A DNA stretch of 63,958 bases, filler included, from Fonticula-like sp. SCN 57-25 (taxonomy: Eukaryota): the NCBI GenBank assembly GCA_001724245.1. It is 6 parts of 6 records of this genome, joined end to end, with 100 filler letters (N's around TTAATTAATTAA, not from the genome) between each part and the next. Parts side by side here need not be neighbours in the genome. Positions count along the whole stretch, not along the records: positions 10,662 to 22,006 come from MEDX01000228.1; positions 22,107 to 32,607 come from MEDX01000229.1; 4 more parts are not named here. One strand, written 5' to 3'. Under the pieces are notes generated by a model. It did no database searches. It saw only the letters and a program-made list of their open reading frames with translations, and was not told the origin of the DNA. Positions 12,841 to 23,744 of the stretch are shown in pieces. Every line of letters starts with the position of its first letter. Position 1 is the stretch's first letter. A program made the position numbers and the translations under genes.

Positions 12841-15800
12841 ATGGAGTCCCTCCTGCGCGCCGGTGAAACCCTGCGCCGCTCCTTCTCCCCCCTGGGCGGC
12901 GCCGGCCTCGTCAGCATCGGCGTGACGGTCAACAGCGTGCCCGACGATCCTCGCGAGCTCGGCCAGATGCTGCTCGCCGCGATCCTCGTGAGCCCGCGCG
13001 CGCTCGAGGACTGCTTTGAGGTTCTGAACCGCCGCCCCTCATTAGAAGGCCTTGCCGCGCTCGGCGGCCCACAGAGCCGCACGATCCCCAACTACCTGTT
13101 AAATGCGCGGCACAACCACAGCCAGTTTGACATCAACTCTGCCGCCGCCGGCACGCGCTTTTCGCTTCTCCACTCTGCCGCCACGTGCGGCGCCGTCGAA
13201 GCCCTGAGCACGCTTCTCCGCTGGGGCGCGAACGCGAGCGCCCTCGAGCGCACCGGCAGCACCGCGCTCCACCTCGCGGCGCGCAACGGCCACCGCAACG
13301 CCTTTCGCCTTCTTCTCCAGAGCGGCGTCAGCTGCGCGCACGCCAACAGCGACGGCCTCACTGCGCTTCACTGGGTGGCGACGAACGGCCACACGCCGCT
13401 CGTGCGCATGCTGCTCGACGCGGGCGCGCCGGCCGACCCCGTCGACCTGCACGGCCAGACGCCGCTGCTCGTCGCGTGCCAGAACGGCCACACAGAGACC
13501 GTCAAGCTGCTCGTCGTGCGCGGCGCCAACGTCAATGCGGTCGACAAGCACGGAAGAACGGCGGCGTTTTTTGCGTGCAGGTACGGGCAAGTGGCATGCC
13601 TCGCGCTGCTGCTGCTGCACGGCGTGGACGTGTGCGGCTCGATAGAGGAGAGTGGCGAGTCGCCGCTGTCGCTCGCGGTCAAGGGGCAGTTCAAGGAGGC
13701 GGTGAGGGCGCTGGTGGCGCATGCGCCGAAATTGGTTGGAAAGATGCCTGAAGTGGTTGTCATGCAGAGCATCGAAGAGGCGGCGGTCGTCAGGGTGCGT
13801 TATTAGGGGATTAGCTTGAAGCAATATTGATCTCTATCTACCCAATATCAACTCGACATGCTGCTGTGTCTCTTATATTCATATTTCATGTGTATTATCT
13901 CTATCAACTTGCATGAAATTCTTACATACTCTCCCTTCTTTTTTCCATACTTATGTTCATTTTTCCCGCCAGATGTCAAAGTGGCTTGCGCTTGAAGGCC
14001 ACGCCGACCCACTTCTCGCCGCCCTCTCCGACGCCGCCGTCAGCCATGGCATGCAAATCGTGAGCGTGAACACAAACCTTGCCGCCCTTTCCGCCCCTTT
14101 CGGCCGACTCATGCGCGCCATCGCCGCCGTCCTCGAAGAGCCGCCGAGCGCCGCCGCCGCACCTGCATATGCGGCCGCCCAGCAGCAGCTCGAGTCACTC
14201 TGGACATTGACGGCCACGTGGTTTGACTGTATTGGTGAGCCGTCCGAAGCTGCGGCCGAGCTGCTCGCGTGCCTGTCGGACCGCCTCGTGTGCCTTTTGA
14301 ACGGCCTTTTCCTTATCAGGTACGAAATGGCCCTAAAAAGGAAGGTTTAAAGACAGTTTTGTGCTAAATTGGGTATAAATTACCACTATTTTTCCATTTA
14401 TAGCAAGAGCAGTGACGCTGGCCGTCATCGTTTCCGCTCCTTTGTCGTGTACTACCTCTCTACGATGCTGTGCATTGTTGACCGCGACCCGCCCCTTATA
14501 TTCACGTCGCTGCAGTTCCTCCTTGACGAGGACGAGCTGCGTCGGCCCTTCTTCCACGTGGTCCGTCGGCAGCCATTTCTGCGTCGGCGCGAGTGGTTCT
14601 TTGACAACCTCGCGCAGCGCGCCGGCGAGGACGCACTCACGGCGCCCGTCGACCACGACTTTTACATCAGCGCGGCACATGATGACGTCATGCGGTCGTC
14701 GTGCGATGCAGTTTTGGCGGCGCCAGTGCTTGAGCTGCAGCGGCAGTTTAGTGTGAGGTTTGTGAATGAGAGCGGGCAGGGGGCGGGAGTGAGAAGAGAG
14801 TGGATTGATCTCGTTACTTTGCAGCTCATCAGCAAAGATTATGGTGCGGGAAGAAGGCGGGAAAAGTAGGGAAAAGTAGGGAAAAGTAGGGAAAAGTAGG
14901 GAAAAGTAGGGAAATATGGCGGGAAAATCGGCGGTTTTGTGGTTCAAATCATATAAAAACATGCTTAAAATGCATTCATGGTCATATGCTGTTGTGTGAT
15001 GAATATTTTCCTTGATATGTCTCGCTACTTTTAATGCCATTTTAGCCACGATTTCATTATTTTGCCTCTGACTGACGCTCTTCTAGGCTTGTTTGTGCGC
15101 TCCGCCGATGGCTCGTGTATTTACCCGAATGCGCGTTACGGCCCATGCGGCGACGCGGACGAAGGCGACGCACTTGCCACGCTCGAGTTTTGCGGTCGTG
15201 TCTTTGCACTGGCGCTTTATCACCGTGTTGTTGTGGACGCCCGCCTCGCGCGGCCGCTCATTCGGCATATTATTGGCGTGCCTGTCGACGTACACGACAT
15301 AGAAATGCTCGACCCAGACATGTATCGAAGCCTAATCGTACGATATTTTGGTGATTTTTGGTGTCATTTTGATGATTTTTGGTGTACTTTTGGGTACTTT
15401 TGTGTCATTTTGTGTACTTTTGCGTCCATTCTTGTCACTTTTACCTCCATTTTTGTCACTGTTTCATGCTCACTTTTACTCACTTTACGCAGTGGCTACT
15501 TGAAACGGACATTTCCGACCTTTCTCTTGAAATGTTTTTCGCTCTCTCTGAAGACCGCCTCGGCCGCATTGACATTGTCGACCTCGCACCCGGCGGCCGC
15601 CACCGCGCCGTCACCGAGGCCAACAAGCACGACTATGTGCAGCGCCTCGTCGCCCACAAGCTTGTAGCAAGCGTGAAGCCGCGCATCGACGCTTTTCTCA
15701 AGGGCTTTTTCGATATTGTGCCGCAGCACGCCGTGAGCCTTTTTTCAGAAGACGAGCTCGCCCTCATGCTCTCTGGCACATCTTCAGTACGCTTATTAAG

Positions 15801-16285
15801 CAGCCTTTAACATAATATCTAACACATGCTGCAGATTGACGTGGACGACTGGCGTGCTCATACAGAGTACAGCGGCTTTGAGGCGGACGACGAGGCTGTC
15901 GCGTGGTTCTGGGCGGCCGTCGAGGAAATGTCGCAGGAAGACCGCGCCATGCTGCTGCGCTTCGTGACTGGGTCGCCGCGCGCGCCGCTTGGCGGTACGA
16001 AGAAAGAGACATTTTATGCGTGGCTTACATTGAATAGGGTTTGTAAACTTGGCGGGGGCGCAGGGCGATACGGCGCGGTTCACGATTGTGAAGCTCGATA
16101 CGGACGCGCGCCATTTGCCGTCGGCGAGCGTGTGGTGCGCCTGGTACCCTTTTTTTAAGTGGTTCTGACTTGTTGTATGTAGCTTTAATAGCCTAAAGCT
16201 GCCAAAGTACGAGTCAAAGGAACAGCTGAGCAGCGCACTGCAGCGCGCGGTCGACTTTGGAAGAAGAGGATTTGAACTGTCTTGA
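12841..16285 (+). CDS. HACE1: Ankyrin-repeat HECT E3 ubiquitin ligase (HACE1-like), multi-exon
   Basis: Several ankyrin repeats (TALHLAARNGH, TPLLVACQNGH), RFVNESGQGAGVRREW, LLRFVTGSPRAP, and spliced catalytic LPSASVCFNSLKLPKYES. Confidence 0.85.
14861..14910 (+). repeat. Intronic tandem repeat (GAAAAGTAGG)x5
   Basis: Five perfect 10-nt copies visible inside an intron of the HECT gene. Confidence 0.95.
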
Positions 16286-16493
16286 GGTTTTGACATGTTT
16301 TTGAGTGCTTCATCTTGTAGATATTTTTGACGAAAGGGCAAATGCCTATAATAAACTGTCTAGTTTCATGATAAATTGCTTTGTTATACATAAAGTGAAC
16401 ACACGGCGGCGGTGTTCTTGTTTAGATGTGCATTCTGGTCCGCTAAAGACGCTCTTTTCCCGCGCTGCCCAAATGCGCATTTGGGTTCTCGTC

Positions 16494-17374
16494 ATGCCGC
16501 TCACGCGCGCCACCCTCGAGGCGCACGTCGCCGCTCATGGCAAAGAGGAGTTTTCTGTGCGCTGCGCTGCGTGGCTCGCTGACTCGCAACGCGTCGCCGA
16601 GCGCACGCGACTACCGCCGCCCGACGCGGCAGCGGCAAAGCGCATCGCTCTCGCGCCGCTGGGCAACACGCTGGCGGCGGCCGCGTCGGCAATCAAGCGC
16701 GCAAAGGAGAGGAAAAGGGAAAAGGAACGCGGCGCAATTGGACACGCGGCGCGCCATGTGGTGCGCATTGCTCTTTTTAGTTATCTCTGTTGCTGAATAC
16801 CCGTCGCTTATTTTCGATTTCGTCGGCTTTTTCGACATATTTACGCAATTTCGTCGCTTTTTTGTTGCTATTTCGCTCGGCCAGGTGGACCCCAAACGAC
16901 GTCGGACCTCTGCGGTGCGGCGCTCAGTGTCGACCGCGGTGGTCGAGGCGGAGCTGCGGCGGAGTGTTTTGCCACGCAGCAGCGACGCCCCGCCTGCCGC
17001 GCCGCCCCTTCCGCCGCCGCCGGACGACGAAAGGCCGCGCGTGGAGAGCTACGAAGAGTGGCTCGCTCAGCAGTCGCAGCGTTCAAACGAGTGGACGCGG
17101 CGAAAGGCACAGCTCAGCCAGCTGATCGCCGACACAGAGGTGCGCCACTTTTTCTCTGATTGGGCGTGCAAGATTCACAGGTGGATGACAGGCCGAGCTG
17201 CATATGGCCGCCGCTCCGGCAGCGGCGCCGCGCGGGGACGACCGACGAGCGACGCGCGGGCGGCGAGAGGAGCACTACATCACAGACGAGCGCCTCTCAT
17301 CATCCCCGCCGCTTCACGCGCATCGCGATGACGACCCGCACTACAACCACATGTACCTATACAATGACGAGTGA
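16494..17374 (+). CDS. Hypothetical protein with D-box-like motif (about 3 exons)
   Basis: GC-rich coding-like exons joined by GTGCG..AG introns, and RIALAPLGN. No recognisable domain. Confidence 0.5.
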
Positions 17375-17475
17375 TAATAGAAGAGCGCAAATAGGCGCAA
17401 GTGAAAGGAAAGGAAAGGAAAAAGGCATATTAAGAATAGTATTGTTTCAACATGAGATCTAAAAGTGTAACACGA

Positions 17476-17834
17476 TTACTTGAGCTTTCCCTCCTTGAAA
17501 AGGACATGTTGCCTCACTGCGCGAGGATTAGCCACATGGGAAAAACGGGTAAAAGCGCGCACCGATCGGGTCGTATTTAAGAAAAGCGAGCTTGTAGAGC
17601 GCAGCGCGAGGCCGCGTCGTCGTGTAGAAAAAGCCGGTGCCAGCCTGGCTGATCAGCTTGACAATGAGCGTGCTGCATGGCGCAAGAAAAGCGGTTAGGA
17701 ATCGATACAAAGACAGTAAAAAGAAATATATTTCGTGTTCAAATGCGTACCGAGCCTTAGCCTTCGCCACTACAACACAGGAAAGAATATAATGTTAGCA
17801 CAAACGCCCACAGCAACGCGACAGCTATCGCACT
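17476..17834 (-). CDS. MRPL33: Mitochondrial ribosomal protein bL33m (4 exons, start codon split A|TG)
   Basis: Spliced product [29 protein letters not shown]...[18 protein letters not shown]. Confidence 0.88.
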
Positions 17835-18218
17835 TTTTCGTCGGGATCGGCGACAGCAGGTGGCTGATGCAAACTGCAAACTGCCGATCTTTGAACAACA
17901 ATCTTGCCAAATATGCGGCAAGTCCATAGGGCAATTGAAAAGGGTTACACTCTAGTCATAATTATAAAAAGCAATATGGACATGCCATATTTGAAAAGCC
18001 ATACATGTACCTCACATACACATGTACATCTCACAATATCACTCTATCCATATCAAGAGTAATTAATATATCAGATGAGGCTGCAATTCTGGACGTATGA
18101 ATCAAAGAGATTGATATAAATTGACTTGTTTATTAAATGTAAAAATGTGACTGGTTGGCATGGCAGCAAGCCTGGCAACCTCACGCAATGAAACTACAAT
18201 GAAATACCCCCACGCCGC

Positions 18219-21200
18219 TTACTCAAAGCCGTTAAGCTTTGTGGCGATGGTGTTCATGTTGGGGCGCCTTCCAGCGTTCTCAATCATGGTGCTCTGGATG
18301 ATGGAGCGGACGACGATGCGCATGCCGTCCATGTTGTCGTCATTCTCGACCTCCTCGGGCAGCTGCAGCAGGTCGAGCGCGGCCGACGCCTTGATGATCT
18401 GCTGCGTGGTGCAGTTGGCCCACGGAGCGCGGCGAGTGTACATCTCCCAGCAGACAACACCAAACGAGTACACGTCGCTGGCAATGTCCTCCTCGAGCGT
18501 GGCGGGCTCGTTCTCAGACTCGGCGCGCGCGATAAGCTCGGGCGAGGCGTAGCGAATGGCGGTCTCGGACAGAGTCGCGGGGGTGGCGTCATCGCTGGAA
18601 AGGGGAAAAGGGGCGGTTAGCACCAATGAAATCAACGAAAAAGATGGTTTTCGTACTATGAACGGGCGTTGTTGAAGCCAGCAATGACCGGGATCGGGAA
18701 GTGGTCACCCGCGGCGGGCGACTGGAGGAGAATGACCGACGACGAGAGCGCGCGGTGGGCGATCTGCATCGAGTGAACCGCGTTGAGACCAGCCGAGATG
18801 CCCGCGGCGAGGTGCATGAGGAGCGTCGAATCGAGCATGTACATGGCCTCGTCGGGGTTGTGGAGGAACTGGGCGAGGTCCGTCTCGTAGATGCGCGTGA
18901 CGAGCGTGCGCGGCTCGTCCGTGTAGGCGACAAGCGCAATCACGTTGGGGTGGAACGAGAGCGACCACATGAGAGAGACCTCAGTGTGGAAGCGGTCGCC
19001 GTTCTCGCGCTGCGTCAGGTCGGCGCGGTCGACATAGTCGTAGACGGCCACGTCGCTCGTGCCAATGCGCTGGACAACATTCTGGTCGAGCAGCGTCGCG
19101 GCGTAGGCAACAAGGTCGCCGGTCGTTTCGAGCTGCGCGCCCGGCTGGATGCACGTCGGGTAGTCGAGCTGCAGGAAACCGGGCAGGGCAACCTCCATGA
19201 CAGTGTTGACAATGGTCTTGTCGGCAAAGGAAAGGTGAGTGGTCGACTCGGCGTGGCGCATGCTGCCGCGCGAGTTGGCGAGCGTCTTGCGGTACTCCTT
19301 GAGCACGTTCATCGCAGCGGCACCGCCAAACTCGTCGAGCGTAGAGTTCATCTTGGCGCGGCGGCGGCGGATGCTCACCACAATCACGACAAGCAGGATC
19401 AGGAGGAGGACAACGCCGCCGACGGTCGCGCCGGCAATGATGCTGCCGTTCGTGCCGAGGCCGGGGTCCTGCACAACGTTGGTCGTCGACGAGGCGGTCG
19501 TCATGATGAGGCGCGAGCCGACCTGCTCAGTGTCGTTGTCGCGGCCGGCGAGCACAAGGACCTCGTACGCCTGGCCGGGCTCGAGGCCCTCGACGGTGGC
19601 GCCGCCGGCAGTCGCGTCAACCTGGTGCGAGTAGGTGAAGCCGTCCGTCACGGCGCGCGACACCACGACCGAGCGGTAGTGGATCTCATAGTAGTGAGCG
19701 AGCGCAGAGGCGGTCCACGAGAAGGTGAGCGAGTCGGGCTTGGGCGTGTCGAGCTTGAGCGCGCCAGCGGGGGTAATGTACGTGGCCGTCTGGAGCATGG
19801 CGGGCGACGAGTCATCGTACTCGCCGTTCACGCCGATGCACACGCGGAACTGGTAGACGGTGTACGGGAAGAGGCCGCTCACGGTCACCGACTGCGACGT
19901 AAGGCCGACAGCCGCGCCGTCGTTGGCAATGACAAAGCTGCTGAGGCCCATGGCGACCTCGACGCGGAACGTCGCGTTGGCAGTCGCGTTGAGAGTGTCC
20001 CACTTGAGCGTGACCGAGTGCGACATCTTGGAGGTCCAGGTGAGGTTGGCAAGGTTGCCGCTCGACTCAATGGGCTCGAGCACGCAGGGGTTCGAGTAGG
20101 TGGCCTCCCAGGTGCCGTTGAAGTGGCACAGGCGGCTCGGCGGGCCGAGCTCGGACGGCATAAAGCCAGTCGCGCAGGTGCCGTTGGACTGCTGGCCGGG
20201 GGCGGCGGTCGGGAAGAAGGTCTGGCCGACCGACTCGGACGGGCAGTTGTCATACTCAATCTCGCACGGGTTCACAACGGCCGCGGCCCATACGCCGGAC
20301 AGGAGGCACTCGCGCGTCGGAGTGCCAATGTAGCCGGAAATGCAGAAGCCGACGGTGGTCTCGCCGGCGCGCGTCGCGTTCCAGACAGCGTCCTCGGCGG
20401 TGCCGCTCGGGCAGTACAGAGGCACGCACGGGCTCGAGATGTCGCTCCAGTTGCCGTCCTCGTCGCACGTGCGGGTGGGGGAGCCCTGGTAGCCCTGGGC
20501 GCAGACACCAGTGACGATCGGCGAAAGCGCAGCGGTGCGCGGCCAGTCAACAAAGCCCTCCTCAATGACGGGGCAGAAGAGCTGCTCGCAGGGGTTGACA
20601 ATGCTGCCCCAGGTGCCGTCAAGCTGGCACTCGCGAGAGGGGCTGCCGGCGTAGCCAGAGGCGCAGGTGCCGCTGGCAAACTCGCCAGCGACGGTCGCGG
20701 TCCACGAAACCTGGCCGCTGGTCTGGGCGGGGCAGAGGATCTCGGCGCACGAGCCAGACATGGCGCTCCAGGTGCCGTCAATCTGGCACGAGCGGGTGAC
20801 CGTGCCAAAGGTGCCGGCAGGGCAGGACCCCTGAACGTCGGCGGTGTTGGAGAAGGCCGACGGCCACGAGCCGGTGGCGTCATCAAAGGCAGGGCAGGTG
20901 ATGCGGCTGCACTCGTTGTTCACAGTGAGGGACCACTGGCCGAGCTCGGTGCAGTTGCGGCGAGGAGCGCCCTGCCAGCCAGCGACGCAGGTGCCGGAAA
21001 CGCCATACGTGAGCGAGTCGACGGTGGGCCAGTCGGCGTTGTGCGAGGTCGTGGTCGAGCACTGGAGGCGGCTGCAGGCGCCGGTCGTCGTGTCCCAGAC
21101 ACCGGTCGACAGGCACAGGCGAAGCGGCGTGCCACCAAAGCCAATCGTGCAAGAGCCAGAGGCGGTCGAGCCAGCGAGGGTGCTCGGCCACTCGGCATTC

Positions 21201-22006
21201 TCCGAAGTCTCGGCAGCGCACGACACCTGAGTACAGGTGCCGATAACGGCGCCCCACACAGCGTCAGAGCCGCACACGCGGGTCACGGTGCCGGTGTAGC
21301 CAGTAAGGCACGAGCCGGTGGCGGTGGCGCCAGCGGTGGTGACGGGCCACGAAGCAGAGTTGGCATTGCCGGCGGGGCACTTCTTCACCTCGCAGGGCGA
21401 CGAGACGGCGCCCCACTGGCCGGTAAGGCTGCACTCGCGCGTCGGGCTGCCCTCATAACCGGTAAAGCAAACACCAGTGGCGGTCTGGCCAGCCTGGGTC
21501 TCGGACCACGAGCTCTGGGCACCGTCGTTGCTGATGGCAGCGCACTTGATGGCCTGGCAGATCGGCGAGGGGGTGCCCCACGAGCCGGACAGGGTGCAGG
21601 TACGAGCGGTGGAGCCAGAGTAGCCGGGAAGGCAGGTACCGGTGGTCGAGAAGCCGGCCTGAACCTGGGCGGGCCACTCGGCGTTGAAGGGCGAGTAGCC
21701 GGGCGTGCTCGACGTGCAGTAGATGGGCTGGCACGGGTTGGTGATCGTAGTCGACCAGCGGCCGTCACCGTTGCACATGCGCTGAGGCCGCGGAAGCGTC
21801 GTGTCGTAGCCGGCCACGCACGTGCCATTCACGAGCTGGTCGACGGCATCGGGGCTATCCCAGTTGGCGTGCTGGTTGTTGGTGAGGGCGGGGCAGGGGT
21901 TGGTGCTGCAGGGGTTCCTGACCTCGGACCACGTGCCGTTGTAGAAGCAGTCGCGCGCCGGGAAGCCAGACGTGTTGTCGTAGCAAGCGCCAGTAACCTC
22001 AGAGTC
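18219..22006 (-). CDS. Single-pass receptor with at least 12 HRM-like Cys/Trp repeats, 2 FN3-like domains, TM and a TKL-like pseudokinase domain, 5'-truncated
   Basis: Repeats of about 54 aa with pattern C..W..T.AG...G.C..GY.G.P.R.C...G.W....C; TM IIAGATVGGVVLLLILLVVIVVSI followed by RRRR; kinase C-lobe RYASPE and SDVYSFGVVCWEM; HRD appears as HRA and DFG as AGF. Confidence 0.88.
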
Positions 22007-22106
22007 NNNNNNNNNNNNNNNNNNNNNNNNNNNNNNNNNNNNNNNNNNNNTTAATTAATTAANNNNNNNNNNNNNNNNNNNNNNNNNNNNNNNNNNNNNN
22101 NNNNNN
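22007..22106. other. Artificial contig linker
   Basis: N44-TTAATTAATTAA-N44. Confidence 0.98.
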
Positions 22107-23414
22107 AAGAGGGTGCAGTAACTACGGGCGTCGCTGCTTCGGGTTCCGATGGTATCGGAGCAGCCACGACAGGCTGTGCTACAGCTTCAACTGGTGCAGC
22201 CTCATGTACAGGTAATACAGAAGTTGTCACTTCAGGCTGCTCTGCAGGTTGTACTTGAACATGTTCATGTTCAGCTGCGTGAGCCGCCGGTGCTGATTCG
22301 GGCGTCGGTATTTCCGGCTCTTGATGCACTGATGTGACACACGCGGCCACAGGCTCAGCTACTGTTTCAGGAGCGGCTGCAGCATTAAAAATTGGAATGG
22401 AGACGGGCTCAACTGGCTGGGCGACTGGTGCGTCGGTCAGAGCAACAGCGGTGTCTTGGCTCGTCGCCTGCGACTGCGTCTGCGTCTGCGTTTGCGAGGC
22501 TGTCTCGCCGGAGGCCGACGCCAAAGGGCGTTTCTATACAAAACATTAGCAAAGACAAATATACAAAAAAAATCCATACCTTTTGGAGGCTGAGTCGGCC
22601 ACGTCGGGGTGCGGGCTCTGAAGAGGGTGTCGACGAATCGGACAATTGCGACGTCGGCGTCAAGTCAGGAAGAGGCGCCGCGTCGGCGGCCGCAAGAGGC
22701 TCAGCAATTAATTCGCTGCTAATGGCGGCTGGCTGAGACTCGGGCTGCTCGGCTGGTGACTCGGGCTGCTCGGCTGGTGACTCGGAAAATGCGGCGGGTG
22801 CCGGGACGAGAACGACAGCGTCGGGAAGGACGTCTGGCTCGGGCAACGAGGGCGCGGGAGCGGCATCAGCAGGCGTGAACACCAATGAAGGCTCGACTAC
22901 CGCGCTATTGGCGGATTCAACTGGTGTGTCTTGGACAACTGACTCGGTCTCCGAAGGACTAGCAGTGGTCGCAGCCGTCGCAATGTCCGCCTCGGGCACA
23001 GCATCGGCGCTGACCTCTGGGAAAGCCACAGTCGCCTGAGGCTGTACCGGTGGCAGCAGACGCGCACGCTCGGGAGAAACAATGTCGAGTGAGCGCTCGT
23101 CCTGGACCTCGCTTACTGTGCTGCAGGACGCAGTGGCACGCTCCACCTCCGCCGATGCCGCGGCCTGTGCAAAACGCGCGGGAAAGCCACAACCGAGCAT
23201 TAGCATCGTCGATCCCGACTCTCGCCGCCACTTCACAAAGCATATGCGTTCGTACCGCCAAAAGAACCTCGGTGTCAATGTCATCGTCCATAAAACTATC
23301 CATCACCGACAAGTCCAGGCGCGCTGCCGACGAATGTTGCACATCCTGGCTCTGCGTGGGCGTCGGGGCATCCTGCGCCAGGACATCGCCAGAGAGGCCC
23401 CAGTCAGACGACAT
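22107..23414 (-). CDS. Hypothetical A/P/E/S-rich low-complexity protein, 3'-truncated
   Basis: Consecutive minus-strand ORFs linked by short GT-AG introns, with an internal ESPAEQP duplication. Confidence 0.6.
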
Positions 23415-23744
23415 GACAAGCCTGTGTATTAAACCCCACTCAGAGCAACAGGCAGTGTAAAGTGACAGGCAGAGAAATTTGACGTTGACAGGTTATTGAC
23501 AGGTGGCGCCACCGCCGACACACTCGTCCGTCACCGCCCAGCGAGACGCGATTCAAAATTTGACGTTTCGCGCGCAATGCACAATATTGTGACAACCCTG
23601 TTCATATTTTCCAATCATGATTTCTTGGACAACTGGCAGAATATGCATGCATACACAGCCGCAGATCTTTATAAAATTAATACGACTGTACATGGAGCTG
23701 TTCTAATCATTATTATATTATAATTATGTACATCATTATACAAA

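Noticed and set aside
14861-14910. Possible interstitial telomeric repeat
   Set aside because: Only five copies, inside an intron, and the unit is not seen at any contig end. Treated as a minisatellite.
20050-22006. Regular periodicity of about 160 nt that could suggest a CRISPR-like array
   Set aside because: These are protein-level domain repeats with divergent nucleotides. There are no identical direct repeats or cas genes.
18701-22054. 1117-aa plus-strand ORF overlapping the receptor gene
   Set aside because: Antisense shadow caused by high GC3 codon bias. It has no domain, and the minus strand holds the coherent protein.
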